A model generated the notes under the pieces. That model made no database searches. It was not told where the DNA came from and saw only the letters and a list, made by a program, of their open reading frames with translations. Below, one piece after another: positions 51,089-59,694 of a stretch of DNA of 64,000 nucleotides. The DNA is taken from NCBI GenBank assembly GCA_003157485.1, contig PMJQ01000101.1, positions 11,443 through 75,442 of the forward strand, given 5' to 3'. How positions within the stretch are numbered: position 1 is the stretch's first letter; every line of letters starts with the position of its first letter. Made by a program: the position numbers and the translations under genes. This DNA is from Ignavibacteriota bacterium. GTDB lineage: Bacteria > Bacteroidota > Ignavibacteria > UBA10030 > UBA6906.

Positions 51089-52117
51089 ATGCCGAACCGT
51101 TTTCTCCGCGCCGTGAATCTCGAACCCTCCGACGGGGTCCCGTTTGTCCCCGCGGTGTACGAGCACAAAGCCTGGTTCATCGGCAGGACCCCTTCGGAGG
51201 TCTGCCGCGAAGGCTCGCTTCTCGTCGAGTCCGTCCTCGCGGAATACGAAGCGCTCCATCCCGACGCACTCGTCGTGGGGATTGACGTGTACAACGTGGA
51301 GGCGGAGGCCTGCGGATGCCCCGTGACGTATTTCGAACCGCCGGATTCGTCAATCCCGTCACTGGCGCCCGGCTCGGAGGTCATCACGGAAGAGAGGCGT
51401 CCCCGCACGCTCGTCCTCCCGGATCCTTCGGATGCGGGAAGGATGCCCATGATTCTCGAATCGACGGCAAGAGCGAGGGACGCTCTGGGACCGGAAGTCG
51501 AAGTCATGGGGGCGCTCTCTGCGCCGTTCAGCCTTGCGGCCTCGCTGATGGGGGGGGCGAACCTCTTCATGGCAATGGCGGCGGAACCCGCCGCCGCGCA
51601 CAGCGCAATCAGCTTTGCCGCGGATGTCGTTACACGGTACGGGCAGGCATTCGCCCGGCGGGGGCTCCAGGCGGCGCTCTTTGACTCCCAGGCCTCTCCC
51701 GGACTCATCTCTCCGCGCTCGTACAGGGAATTTGTCCTCGGACCCACTCAGAGGGTCGTGAGGGACCTCACAAGCGCGGGGATGAGCTACGTCCCCCTCG
51801 TTATCGGGGGAAACACCGATCCGATCGTGGAGGCGTATGTCGAGACGGGGGGGAACTACCTCCTGTGCGACGGCGGGGGGTCGGTGGAACGGTTTCTCCC
51901 GGCGTGCTGCGCTGCGAAGCGCGCATTCAGGAGGAATATCCCCGCCCCGTTCCTCCTCTCCGCATCCGTACCGGAAATTGAACAGAGGGTCCGGGAGGAG
52001 ATAGAATCCGCCGGGGGGTACGAGGGATTCATGCTCGGCACGGGGATCGTTCCGTACGGCATACCGACGGAGAAAATACTTGCCGCGCGCCCTGCGCGAT
52101 CGCAGAATCATTCATAA
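51089..52117 (+). CDS. UROD family protein, MtaA/CmuA-like, lacking the H-x-C motif
   Basis: 'FLRAVNLEPSDGVPFVPAVYEHKAWFIG', 'YNVEAEACGCPVTYFE', 'MGALSAPFSLAASLMG', 'LFDSQASPGLISPRSYREFVL'. 'LVIGGNT' occupies the position of H-x-C-G. Confidence 0.7.
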   Translation: MPNRFLRAVNLEPSDGVPFVPAVYEHKAWFIGRTPSEVCREGSLLVESVLAEYEALHPDALVVGIDVYNVEAEACGCPVTYFEPPDSSIPSLAPGSEVITEERRPRTLVLPDPSDAGRMPMILESTARARDALGPEVEVMGALSAPFSLAASLMGGANLFMAMAAEPAAAHSAISFAADVVTRYGQAFARRGLQAALFDSQASPGLISPRSYREFVLGPTQRVVRDLTSAGMSYVPLVIGGNTDPIVEAYVETGGNYLLCDGGGSVERFLPACCAAKRAFRRNIPAPFLLSASVPEIEQRVREEIESAGGYEGFMLGTGIVPYGIPTEKILAARPARSQNHS

Positions 52118-52142
52118 CCGAACAACAACGACAGGACACGAG

Positions 52143-54467
52143 ATGCCCACGCTCCGCCAGTTTCTCTCAACGATGAACGTCATCGCATGCACACCTTCCG
52201 GCCCGCTCGTCGAAAAGACCGTCGCACGCGCCCTCCTCGCCTCCGCCCCGGGGGCGGAGATCCGTGAATCCCCGGGTCTCGGCGCCCCCTCCGGGACCAT
52301 ACGCGTCGCCGTCGTCCCGGATGGAACGCGAGGGGAGTCGATTCACCCCGCGCTTGCGGGGAAGACAGGCTGGATGATCATCCGGGTGAAGGGGGGGGTC
52401 GAGATCCTCACGGACAGGGAGCATCTCCTCTACGGGCTCTACACGCTTGTCGATGAGGAATTGCATGCGGCCGACGCCGCCTCGCTCCGCGAAGGGCGGA
52501 TATTCACAAGTGCGTTCCCCGAGGTGCGTCCGGTGTTTGACTTATTTCTGACGCAGTGGGGGCGCACCGTCGGGAAATTCGACAGGGAAGAGCATATCCG
52601 GACAATGGCGCGCATGGGAAATTCCCACGTCGAGGTGAACGGGCTTGCCTTTCACGTTCCGTTCGAGAGGGGGCCGAAGGGGGAGCTCCTCCACCGCTTT
52701 TATACGTATGCGCCGGCGCTCGATCAGTTTGTGACAAGCCGCCTGAACAAGGGGTCTTACGACGATGATTACCTGCAGGCGAACCTGAATTATCTCAGAA
52801 CCAACGCGGCGCTGGCGGAGAAATACGGCCTGACGCCGGGGATTGTCTGCTTTGAGCCGAGGTCTGTCCCCGACGGGCTCCTGGAGCGCTACCCTGTGCT
52901 GCGCGGCGCGCGCGTCGATCATCCGATGAGGAGCTTCCATCCCCGCTACAATCTTTCCGTGGCGCATCCGGTGGTGCTTGAACACTACGCCGAAATGATG
53001 GAGAATCTGATGAAAGAGGTCCCCCGTCTCGGGTACATGTCGGTCTGGTCCAACGACAGCGGCGCCGGATTCGAGTACACGAGTTCCCTCTACGTGGGAA
53101 GGAACGGGGGAGGATACCTTGTCCGGGAATGGCTTGCGGCGAAGGACATCGCCGCCGCCGCCGCGTTCAATCTCGTCCGGTTCATGAAAACGCTCCGGGA
53201 CGCGGGAAGGAAGACCAATCCACGGTTCCGCACGCTCATCCGGCTCGAACCGTTCTGGGAGGAGCTGGACCACATCTGGAAGCTCCTCGAGGACGGGCTC
53301 GACGTCGAGGTGTCATCCCTTCTGACACGGGGGTGGGAGCTCTCATACAAGCACCCGAAGTACGAGGAGGTTCCCCAGATACACGGTACCGCCCTGTTCA
53401 GCCAGTTTGCGGAGTCGGAGAAGCCGGTCATGCAGGAGCTCGTGGCGAAGGGCGCACGTGCCGACATCTATTTCGTTCCGGAGATACTCGGGAACCACGA
53501 GCCGCTCATGGGGATCCCATTCCCGCGCCTGGTCCATGAAAAACTGGCGGCCATGCGGCGGGCCGGGGTGGCCGCCGCGGCGTATCAGGGAGGGCCGACC
53601 CCTCCGTCGTTCGTTCCGTACAACATCAACCAGGAGATCGTCCGCGCGTATCAGTTCGATCCGGGCATGGATCTCGACGCATTCATGAGGCGGAAGGCGG
53701 AGGAGTGGGCGGGGCGCTCGCTCGCCGGAGATCTCGTGAAGCTCTGGGAACTCTCCGACGACGCGTTCCGTTCGTTCCCCATACCGATCTGGATTTATGC
53801 GGGATGGGGCGTCTGGTACCGCCTGTTCATCCGTCCCATCGTCCCGAACATCGAAGCAATCCCGGAAAAGGAGCGGGAATATTACGAGAACTTCCTCCTG
53901 GCAACGACGCACAACAGGACGCGCGTGGATTTCCGGTACGACGTCGGGTTCGATCTCATTGAGCCTGAACGCGCGTGGAAGGCCGTCGCGCACATGGACG
54001 GGGACCTCCTCCCGGCGATGGCGAATATACTCGATCTCGTGGCGGCGATGGAGAAGAGGGCCGTGACGCCCGCGGAGAGGGCGCTCGTGGAGGACCAGCG
54101 CGACCGGATGGTCGCGCTCAAATGCTGGTACAGGACGGAGCGGAACGTCACGGCATGGGTCGCGGGCGTTCACGGGTACATGGAATCGAAGGACGAATCG
54201 TTCCGGAAGAAATGCCGCGCCCTGCTGAAGGGGATGGTCCTGGACGAAATCGACAACACAAAGGATCTGATCAGGCTCTGGGAGACGGCCCGGACGAACT
54301 GGATGATGGTTTCGGATGTGGGTGAAACGACGTTCGTCTACTATAAGAACATGGGGGAGCTCATGAAGAAGAAAATTGCCCTTATGCAGGGGCATGAAAA
54401 CGATGAGCCGTATGTGGATCCCGACTTTCAGTGGCGCGTCCCCGGGTTCACACCGGAAAGCAGGTAG
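52143..54467 (+). CDS. uncharacterised ~770-aa cytoplasmic protein, family A copy 2 (paralog of 8886..11114)
   Basis: See 8886..11114. The N-terminal 'GWMIIRVKGGVEILTDREHLLYGLYTLVDE' is reminiscent of GH20b/GH67N-type N-domains (impression only). No signal peptide. Confidence 0.6.
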   Translation: MPTLRQFLSTMNVIACTPSGPLVEKTVARALLASAPGAEIRESPGLGAPSGTIRVAVVPDGTRGESIHPALAGKTGWMIIRVKGGVEILTDREHLLYGLYTLVDEELHAADAASLREGRIFTSAFPEVRPVFDLFLTQWGRTVGKFDREEHIRTMARMGNSHVEVNGLAFHVPFERGPKGELLHRFYTYAPALDQFVTSRLNKGSYDDDYLQANLNYLRTNAALAEKYGLTPGIVCFEPRSVPDGLLERYPVLRGARVDHPMRSFHPRYNLSVAHPVVLEHYAEMMENLMKEVPRLGYMSVWSNDSGAGFEYTSSLYVGRNGGGYLVREWLAAKDIAAAAAFNLVRFMKTLRDAGRKTNPRFRTLIRLEPFWEELDHIWKLLEDGLDVEVSSLLTRGWELSYKHPKYEEVPQIHGTALFSQFAESEKPVMQELVAKGARADIYFVPEILGNHEPLMGIPFPRLVHEKLAAMRRAGVAAAAYQGGPTPPSFVPYNINQEIVRAYQFDPGMDLDAFMRRKAEEWAGRSLAGDLVKLWELSDDAFRSFPIPIWIYAGWGVWYRLFIRPIVPNIEAIPEKEREYYENFLLATTHNRTRVDFRYDVGFDLIEPERAWKAVAHMDGDLLPAMANILDLVAAMEKRAVTPAERALVEDQRDRMVALKCWYRTERNVTAWVAGVHGYMESKDESFRKKCRALLKGMVLDEIDNTKDLIRLWETARTNWMMVSDVGETTFVYYKNMGELMKKKIALMQGHENDEPYVDPDFQWRVPGFTPESR

Positions 54468-54468
54468 C

Positions 54469-55644
54469 GTGCGGCTCGATCCGGGCCGGATACTTGTCGC
54501 CCCCGATTCGTTCAAGGGGACGTTGACCGCGTCGGAAGCCGCGATGGCGATGGGAAAAGGGGTCCGGCGCGCCCTTCCGGGCGCTTCCGTGAGGCTGTTC
54601 CCCGTCTCTGACGGCGGGGAGGGGTTTATCGATGCGCTCGTCCCTCCCGCGCGGGGGACACAGGAGTGGACCGAAGTCCGCGGACCGCTCCCCTCCCAGC
54701 GTGTCCGGGCCCGGTGGGCGCTCGTGGCGAAGGGAACGACGGCGGTGATCGAGATGGCGGCTGCGTCGGGACTGGCGCTTGTCCCTCCGGACCGGCGCGA
54801 TCCATGCGTGACAACCACGTTCGGCGTCGGCGAGCTCATACGGCACGCGCTCGATCGCGGTGTCGGGTCAATGCTCATCGGGATCGGCGGGAGCGCGACA
54901 AACGACGGGGGGACCGGCATGGCGTCCGCACTCGGCGTGAAGTTTCTGGATTCCTCGGGCGGCCTTCTTGCGCAGGGAGGGAGCGCGCTCGCCGGACTCC
55001 GCCGGATTGACGCGGGCGGTCTCGACGCGCGCCTTGCGAGGACCGTCGTGACGGTCGCCTGCGACGTGACAAGCCCGCTCACTGGGCCCGGAGGGGCATC
55101 ACGAGTGTTCGCCCCGCAGAAGGGGGCCGGCCCGGCCGACGTCGAGATCCTCGAGCGCGCGATGATTCGTTACACGGATGTACTCAGCGAACAGCTCGGC
55201 ATCGATGTCGGCAGTATTCCCGGAAGCGGAGCTGCGGGGGGACTCGGGGCCGGACTTGTTGCGTTCTGCGGCGCGGCGCTTGAATCCGGGATCGACGTCG
55301 TTCTCGACGCCACCGGGTTCGACGCCGCTCTCTCTTCGTGCGATCTCGTCCTGACGGGTGAGGGACGGGTCGATTCCCAGACCCGGCACGGCAAGGCGCT
55401 CGCCGGGATCCTCCGCCGCGCCGCAGGAGCGCGCGTCCCCGTTGCGTGCGTTGCCGGGAGCGTCCAGGGCCCGCACGCGGAGTACACCGGGGAGAAGGGG
55501 TTTATCGCGCTGGAGTCGCTCGCGGACGGCCCCGGCGGCCCGGATGCTGCAATGGCGAACGCGGCGCGTACACTCGAGGAAAGGACCCGATCGATGCTGC
55601 TCACGCTCACCGCCCGGAAGGCGGCGGAAGGCTCACACGGATGA
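54469..55644 (+). CDS. glycerate kinase (GlxK/GarK family)
   Basis: GTG start 1 nt after the upstream stop. 'ILVAPDSFKGTLTASEAA', 'FPVSDGGEGF', 'IGIGGSATNDGGTGMASALG', 'SGAAGGLGAG', 'DLVLTGEGRVDSQT'. Confidence 0.85.
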   Translation: MRLDPGRILVAPDSFKGTLTASEAAMAMGKGVRRALPGASVRLFPVSDGGEGFIDALVPPARGTQEWTEVRGPLPSQRVRARWALVAKGTTAVIEMAAASGLALVPPDRRDPCVTTTFGVGELIRHALDRGVGSMLIGIGGSATNDGGTGMASALGVKFLDSSGGLLAQGGSALAGLRRIDAGGLDARLARTVVTVACDVTSPLTGPGGASRVFAPQKGAGPADVEILERAMIRYTDVLSEQLGIDVGSIPGSGAAGGLGAGLVAFCGAALESGIDVVLDATGFDAALSSCDLVLTGEGRVDSQTRHGKALAGILRRAAGARVPVACVAGSVQGPHAEYTGEKGFIALESLADGPGGPDAAMANAARTLEERTRSMLLTLTARKAAEGSHG

Positions 55645-57425
55645 TCGACCAGATCAAGCACGTCAACGTCGTCGACTACTGCGTCATCGCGGGCTATCTG
55701 CTCATGCTGACGGGGACCGGGTTGTACGTCACGAAGTTCAACAAGAACGCCGACGACTATTTCAAGGGGGGCGGGAAGATCCCGTGGTGGATCTCCGGAC
55801 TTTCGACGTTTGTCGCCGGGTTTTCGGCGTTCATGTTTGTCGGGGCCGCGGGGTATACGTACAGGAAGGGGATCGGATCGGCCGTCCTCTTCACGAGCGC
55901 GTTCTGGGGGTACGGCATGGGGTATTTTCTGTACGCCGTGCGCTGGAAGAGGGCACGTCTCTCCTCGCCGATGGAGTTCCTGACCCGCAGGTTCTCCCAG
56001 GGAACGACGTATTACTATACGCTGCTGTCGATCGTCCCCGCGGTGATGGGGCTCGGGCTCGGGATCTACATCCTGTGCATATTCGTTGCCACCGCGATGG
56101 GGATCATGGACCTCTCGGTGACGATCGGCTTTCTCACGCTGAGCGGGCTCGAGCTTTCGATGGTTGTCACGGGGATCGTCCTCCTGATTTACACGAGCGC
56201 CGGCGGCCTGTGGGCGGTGATGATAACCGATGTCATGCAGTTCTTCATTATCCTCATCGTCACGCTTCTCATTTCCCCCCTCGCGTTCTTCGCGCTGGGG
56301 GGGAGCGGGGGGTTCTTCCATGCGTTTGCGCGGATCGCACACGAGACGCCCCCCGGGTACCTCAGTTTCGCCGATGTGCTGCGGAACCCGCTCTTCTATC
56401 TCGCGTACCTGTTCAGCACGTTTATCGGGTACAACGCGGCATGGCATATCGGGCAGCGGTACTACAGCGTGCCGACGGAACGCGACGCCAGGAAGATCTC
56501 GGTCCTCTGCGCGCTCCTGATGCTGACGGTACCGCTCTTCTGGCTTGCGCCGACGATGGCCGCGCGCGTCCTGTTCCCCGACATGGCCCGCCTCTGGCCG
56601 CAGCTCTCGGAGCCGTCGGAGGCGTCGTTCGTGACACTGGCCCTCTCCCTCCTCCCCAACGGGCTGATCGGGCTGACGATATCGGCGATCCTGGCGGCGA
56701 CGATGACGCATACGGACACTGCTTTGAACTACCTCGCCTCCATACTCGTCCGGGACGTCTACATGAAGCTCAGGAAAACGTTCTCTCACTCGGTGCCGGG
56801 AGAGCGCCGCCAGCTCTTCGTCGCGCGCGTGACGACGTTCACGCTCGGGTTCCTCGCGATCGCGACGGCGATCATCGTCCAGCGGACAAAGGGGGTCTTC
56901 GATTTCGCCCTGCTCTATTATTCGTGGTTCGGCCCGTCTATGATGACCCCCGTCATGCTCGGATTTCTCTACACGAAGACCCCTTCCTGGTCGGCGAGCG
57001 CCGCGGCCACCGTGAGCCTTGCCGTCGTCCTGGCATGCAACACGGTGATCGACGTGCGTCCCTACCAGTACGAGGTGAACATATTCGGCGGGATACTCGT
57101 CTCGGCCGCGGTGTTTTTCCTCTCCGCTTTCTGGCCGGAGAAAAATCCGGCCTCGCGCGCGAGGATCGAGGCATTTGCGGCCGATCTCAGGACTCCCGTG
57201 ACGGGGACGAGCTCCGTGTGGGACAGGAACGCGCTCCACTCCTATCTCGTCGTCGGCGTCCTGACCGTGATCATCGGCTGTGCGCTTCTTGCGCTCACGA
57301 TCGTTCCCGCCGGCATCGAAGTGCGGACGCTGACGCTTGTCATGGGAATCGCGACGATGGCGCTCGGCGGCGGTATGCTCCTCTATTTCCGGAGTCAGCT
57401 TGCGAAAGGGACAGAAAATGGATAA
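55641..57425 (+). CDS. sodium:solute symporter (SSS) family transporter
   Basis: 'NADDYFKGGGKIPWWISGLSTFVAGFSAFMFVGAAGYTY'. Polytopic. ATGA overlap upstream. Confidence 0.85.
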   Translation: MIDQIKHVNVVDYCVIAGYLLMLTGTGLYVTKFNKNADDYFKGGGKIPWWISGLSTFVAGFSAFMFVGAAGYTYRKGIGSAVLFTSAFWGYGMGYFLYAVRWKRARLSSPMEFLTRRFSQGTTYYYTLLSIVPAVMGLGLGIYILCIFVATAMGIMDLSVTIGFLTLSGLELSMVVTGIVLLIYTSAGGLWAVMITDVMQFFIILIVTLLISPLAFFALGGSGGFFHAFARIAHETPPGYLSFADVLRNPLFYLAYLFSTFIGYNAAWHIGQRYYSVPTERDARKISVLCALLMLTVPLFWLAPTMAARVLFPDMARLWPQLSEPSEASFVTLALSLLPNGLIGLTISAILAATMTHTDTALNYLASILVRDVYMKLRKTFSHSVPGERRQLFVARVTTFTLGFLAIATAIIVQRTKGVFDFALLYYSWFGPSMMTPVMLGFLYTKTPSWSASAAATVSLAVVLACNTVIDVRPYQYEVNIFGGILVSAAVFFLSAFWPEKNPASRARIEAFAADLRTPVTGTSSVWDRNALHSYLVVGVLTVIIGCALLALTIVPAGIEVRTLTLVMGIATMALGGGMLLYFRSQLAKGTENG

Positions 57426-58212
57426 TCAGGTTCCGGTTGTCATCGTAACGGGCGCCAGCCGCGGGCTCGGACGGGGTATCGCGCTCCGGCTCGCGGACCT
57501 CGGCTATTCTGTCGCAATCAATTACGCGGGAAATGCAGCGGCGGCGGCGGAGACCGCCGCTCTGTGCGACAAAAAGCGGATTCTCCCGGCGCAGAAATTT
57601 CTCCCCGTGAAGGCGGACGTGGGGTCCGGAGCGGACAGGGCCGCGCTCGTCGAGCGGACGCTCGGGGAGTTCGGGCGGATCGACGCGCTTGTCAACAATG
57701 CCGGCGTCGGGCCTGGCACGAGGGCCGATATCACGGAAGCGTCCCCGGCGGTATTCCGGGAGGTCATGTCGACGAACCTCGAAGGCCCGTACTTCCTCAC
57801 ACAGGCGGTGGCGAACTACTGGCTGAAGGAGAAGCCCGCCCCCCTGCTGCGGCGCGGGTTTGTCGTGGTATTCAATACCTCGATATCGGCGCTCACGGCG
57901 TCGCTCAACAGGGGAGAGTACTGCGTGTCGAAAGCCGGGCTCTCCATGGGGGCGAAGCTCTGGGCGCTCCGGCTGGCGGGGGAAGGGATACAGGTGTTCG
58001 AGCTCCGCCCCGGCATCATGGCGACGGACATGACGGCGGGTGTGAAAGGAAAATACGACGCCATGATTGCCTCCGGGGGAGTGCCGATGAAACGCTGGGG
58101 GACGCCGGAGGATGTGGGGTTTGCTGTCGGCGCCATCCTGTCCGGCGATTTTCCCTACTCGACCGGCGAAATCATCTACGTTGACGGCGGGCTGCACCTG
58201 CCGGGACTGTGA
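57418..58212 (+). CDS. short-chain dehydrogenase/reductase (SDR), 3-oxoacyl-ACP reductase / KduD-like
   Basis: 'VVIVTGASRGLGRGIA', 'LVNNAG', 'YCVSKAG' (YxxxK). 8-nt overlap with the symporter gene. Confidence 0.85.
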   Translation: MDNQVPVVIVTGASRGLGRGIALRLADLGYSVAINYAGNAAAAAETAALCDKKRILPAQKFLPVKADVGSGADRAALVERTLGEFGRIDALVNNAGVGPGTRADITEASPAVFREVMSTNLEGPYFLTQAVANYWLKEKPAPLLRRGFVVVFNTSISALTASLNRGEYCVSKAGLSMGAKLWALRLAGEGIQVFELRPGIMATDMTAGVKGKYDAMIASGGVPMKRWGTPEDVGFAVGAILSGDFPYSTGEIIYVDGGLHLPGL

Positions 58213-58218
58213 GGAATT

Positions 58219-59598
58219 ATGATCGCGATTGACACATCGATTGACGCGGGGGATCTCCGTGCCCCGCTTGAGAACCTCTTTGCCCTCTCCGGCGCCAAAA
58301 TCATGTCGCTCCGGAGGAGATGGAATCCTTCGAAGGGAGCCCCGGTATTCACGGTGGACGGGCTCTACACGTCGCGGGGGTGGACCGAATGGACTGAAGG
58401 GTTCATGTTCGGGTCCGCTCTCCTGCAGTTCGACGCGACGGGGGAGAAGGAATTCCTGGAGATCGGCCGCACGGGCACGGTGAACGAAATGGCGCCCCAT
58501 GTCAGTGCAACGGGGGTGCATGACCACGGGTTCAACAATGTGAGCACGTACGGTAATCTCCACAGGATGATGCGCGAGGGGCTCATCCCGCATAACGCAT
58601 GGGAAATGGATTTTTATGCGCTCGCGCTCAAGGTGAGCGGCGCCGTCCAGGCCTCCCGGTGGACGGACTTGGCGAAGGGTGGGGGGTACATCTGTTCATT
58701 CAACGGTCCTCATTCCCTCTTCGCAGACACTGTCCGCTCGCTCCGTTCGCTCGCGCTCGCCCACCAGCTCGGCCACGTGCTCGCGGGGGAAAGGGACGTG
58801 AAGATATCGCTCCTCGGGCGTCTGATCGCCCATGCGGAGGCGACAGCGAAATACAACGTCTACTTCGGGGAAGGTCGCGATATATACGACGTGCGTGGCC
58901 GCGTGGCCCACGAGTCGATATTCAACACGAGGGACGGTTCCTACCGGTGCCCCTCATCGCAGCAGGGATATTCCCCCTTCACGACGTGGACCCGCGGGCT
59001 GGCCTGGATCATCTGCGGATTTGCCGAGGAGGCCGAGTTCCTTGCCTCCCTCCCGGAGGGCTCGTTCGGGGAGTACGGGGGGAAATCGAATGTGCTGGGC
59101 GCCTTCCTGAGAACTGCGGAGGCGACAGCCGACTTCTACATCGAGAACACTCCCGCCGACGGCGTCCCCTACTGGGATACCGGCGCGCCGGGGCTCGCGC
59201 GGCTGGGCGACTACCTCGCGCGCCCCGCCGATCCGTTCAACGGGGAGGAGCCCGTGGACAGTTCGGCTGCGGCGATTGCCGCGCAGGGGCTCGTCAGGCT
59301 CGGTATGCATCTGAAGTCCGCGGGACGCGGGGCCGACGGTAACAGGTACCTCCGTGCGGGGCTCACGACTGCGCGGACCCTTTTCTCCGACCCGTACCTG
59401 AGCCGTGCGGAGTCGCACCAGGGACTCCTGCTCCACTCGGTGTATCACCGTCCCAACGGATGGGATCACGTAGGTGCAGGGAGGAGAATCCCCTGCGGCG
59501 AATCCTCCATGTGGGGGGATTACCACGCCAGGGAACTCGCGCTCCTCGTAAGAAGGATGGGAGAGAAGAAGCCGTACTACAGGTTCTTTATCGGCTAG
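58219..59598 (+). CDS. GH88/GH105-type unsaturated uronyl hydrolase
   Basis: 'GVHDHGFNNVSTYGNL', 'TTWTRGLAWIICGF', 'DSSAAAIAAQGLVRLG', 'GESSMWGDYHARELALL'. No signal peptide. Confidence 0.75.
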   Translation: MIAIDTSIDAGDLRAPLENLFALSGAKIMSLRRRWNPSKGAPVFTVDGLYTSRGWTEWTEGFMFGSALLQFDATGEKEFLEIGRTGTVNEMAPHVSATGVHDHGFNNVSTYGNLHRMMREGLIPHNAWEMDFYALALKVSGAVQASRWTDLAKGGGYICSFNGPHSLFADTVRSLRSLALAHQLGHVLAGERDVKISLLGRLIAHAEATAKYNVYFGEGRDIYDVRGRVAHESIFNTRDGSYRCPSSQQGYSPFTTWTRGLAWIICGFAEEAEFLASLPEGSFGEYGGKSNVLGAFLRTAEATADFYIENTPADGVPYWDTGAPGLARLGDYLARPADPFNGEEPVDSSAAAIAAQGLVRLGMHLKSAGRGADGNRYLRAGLTTARTLFSDPYLSRAESHQGLLLHSVYHRPNGWDHVGAGRRIPCGESSMWGDYHARELALLVRRMGEKKPYYRFFIG

Positions 59599-59614
59599 GG
59601 GAGTGTGCGTGCGG

Positions 59615-59641
59615 CCTCGCGGAAGAACGCGTCGAGGTTTT
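59615..59641 (+). terminator. weak candidate terminator after the GH88-like gene
   Basis: CCTCG(CG)...(CG)tCGAGG imperfect stem followed by TTTT (59638-59641), in the 96-nt convergent gap. Confidence 0.3.
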
Positions 59642-59694
59642 CGTGCGGCGCATCGCCAGAGGCCTCTGCGCGTTTCTGACAATCTCTGAGAGGG

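Noticed and set aside
55170-57448. 689-aa minus-strand ORF and 696-aa plus-strand ORF overlapping the second symporter gene
   Set aside because: Both are alternative frames of a clear SSS transporter gene (55641..57425). They are Arg/Pro/Gly/Asp-rich with no motifs.
59657-59668. 12-bp palindrome CAGAGGCCTCTG in the convergent gap as a bidirectional terminator
   Set aside because: It has no loop, only a short effective stem and no flanking T/A tracts. It is probably a chance palindrome or a restriction-type site.
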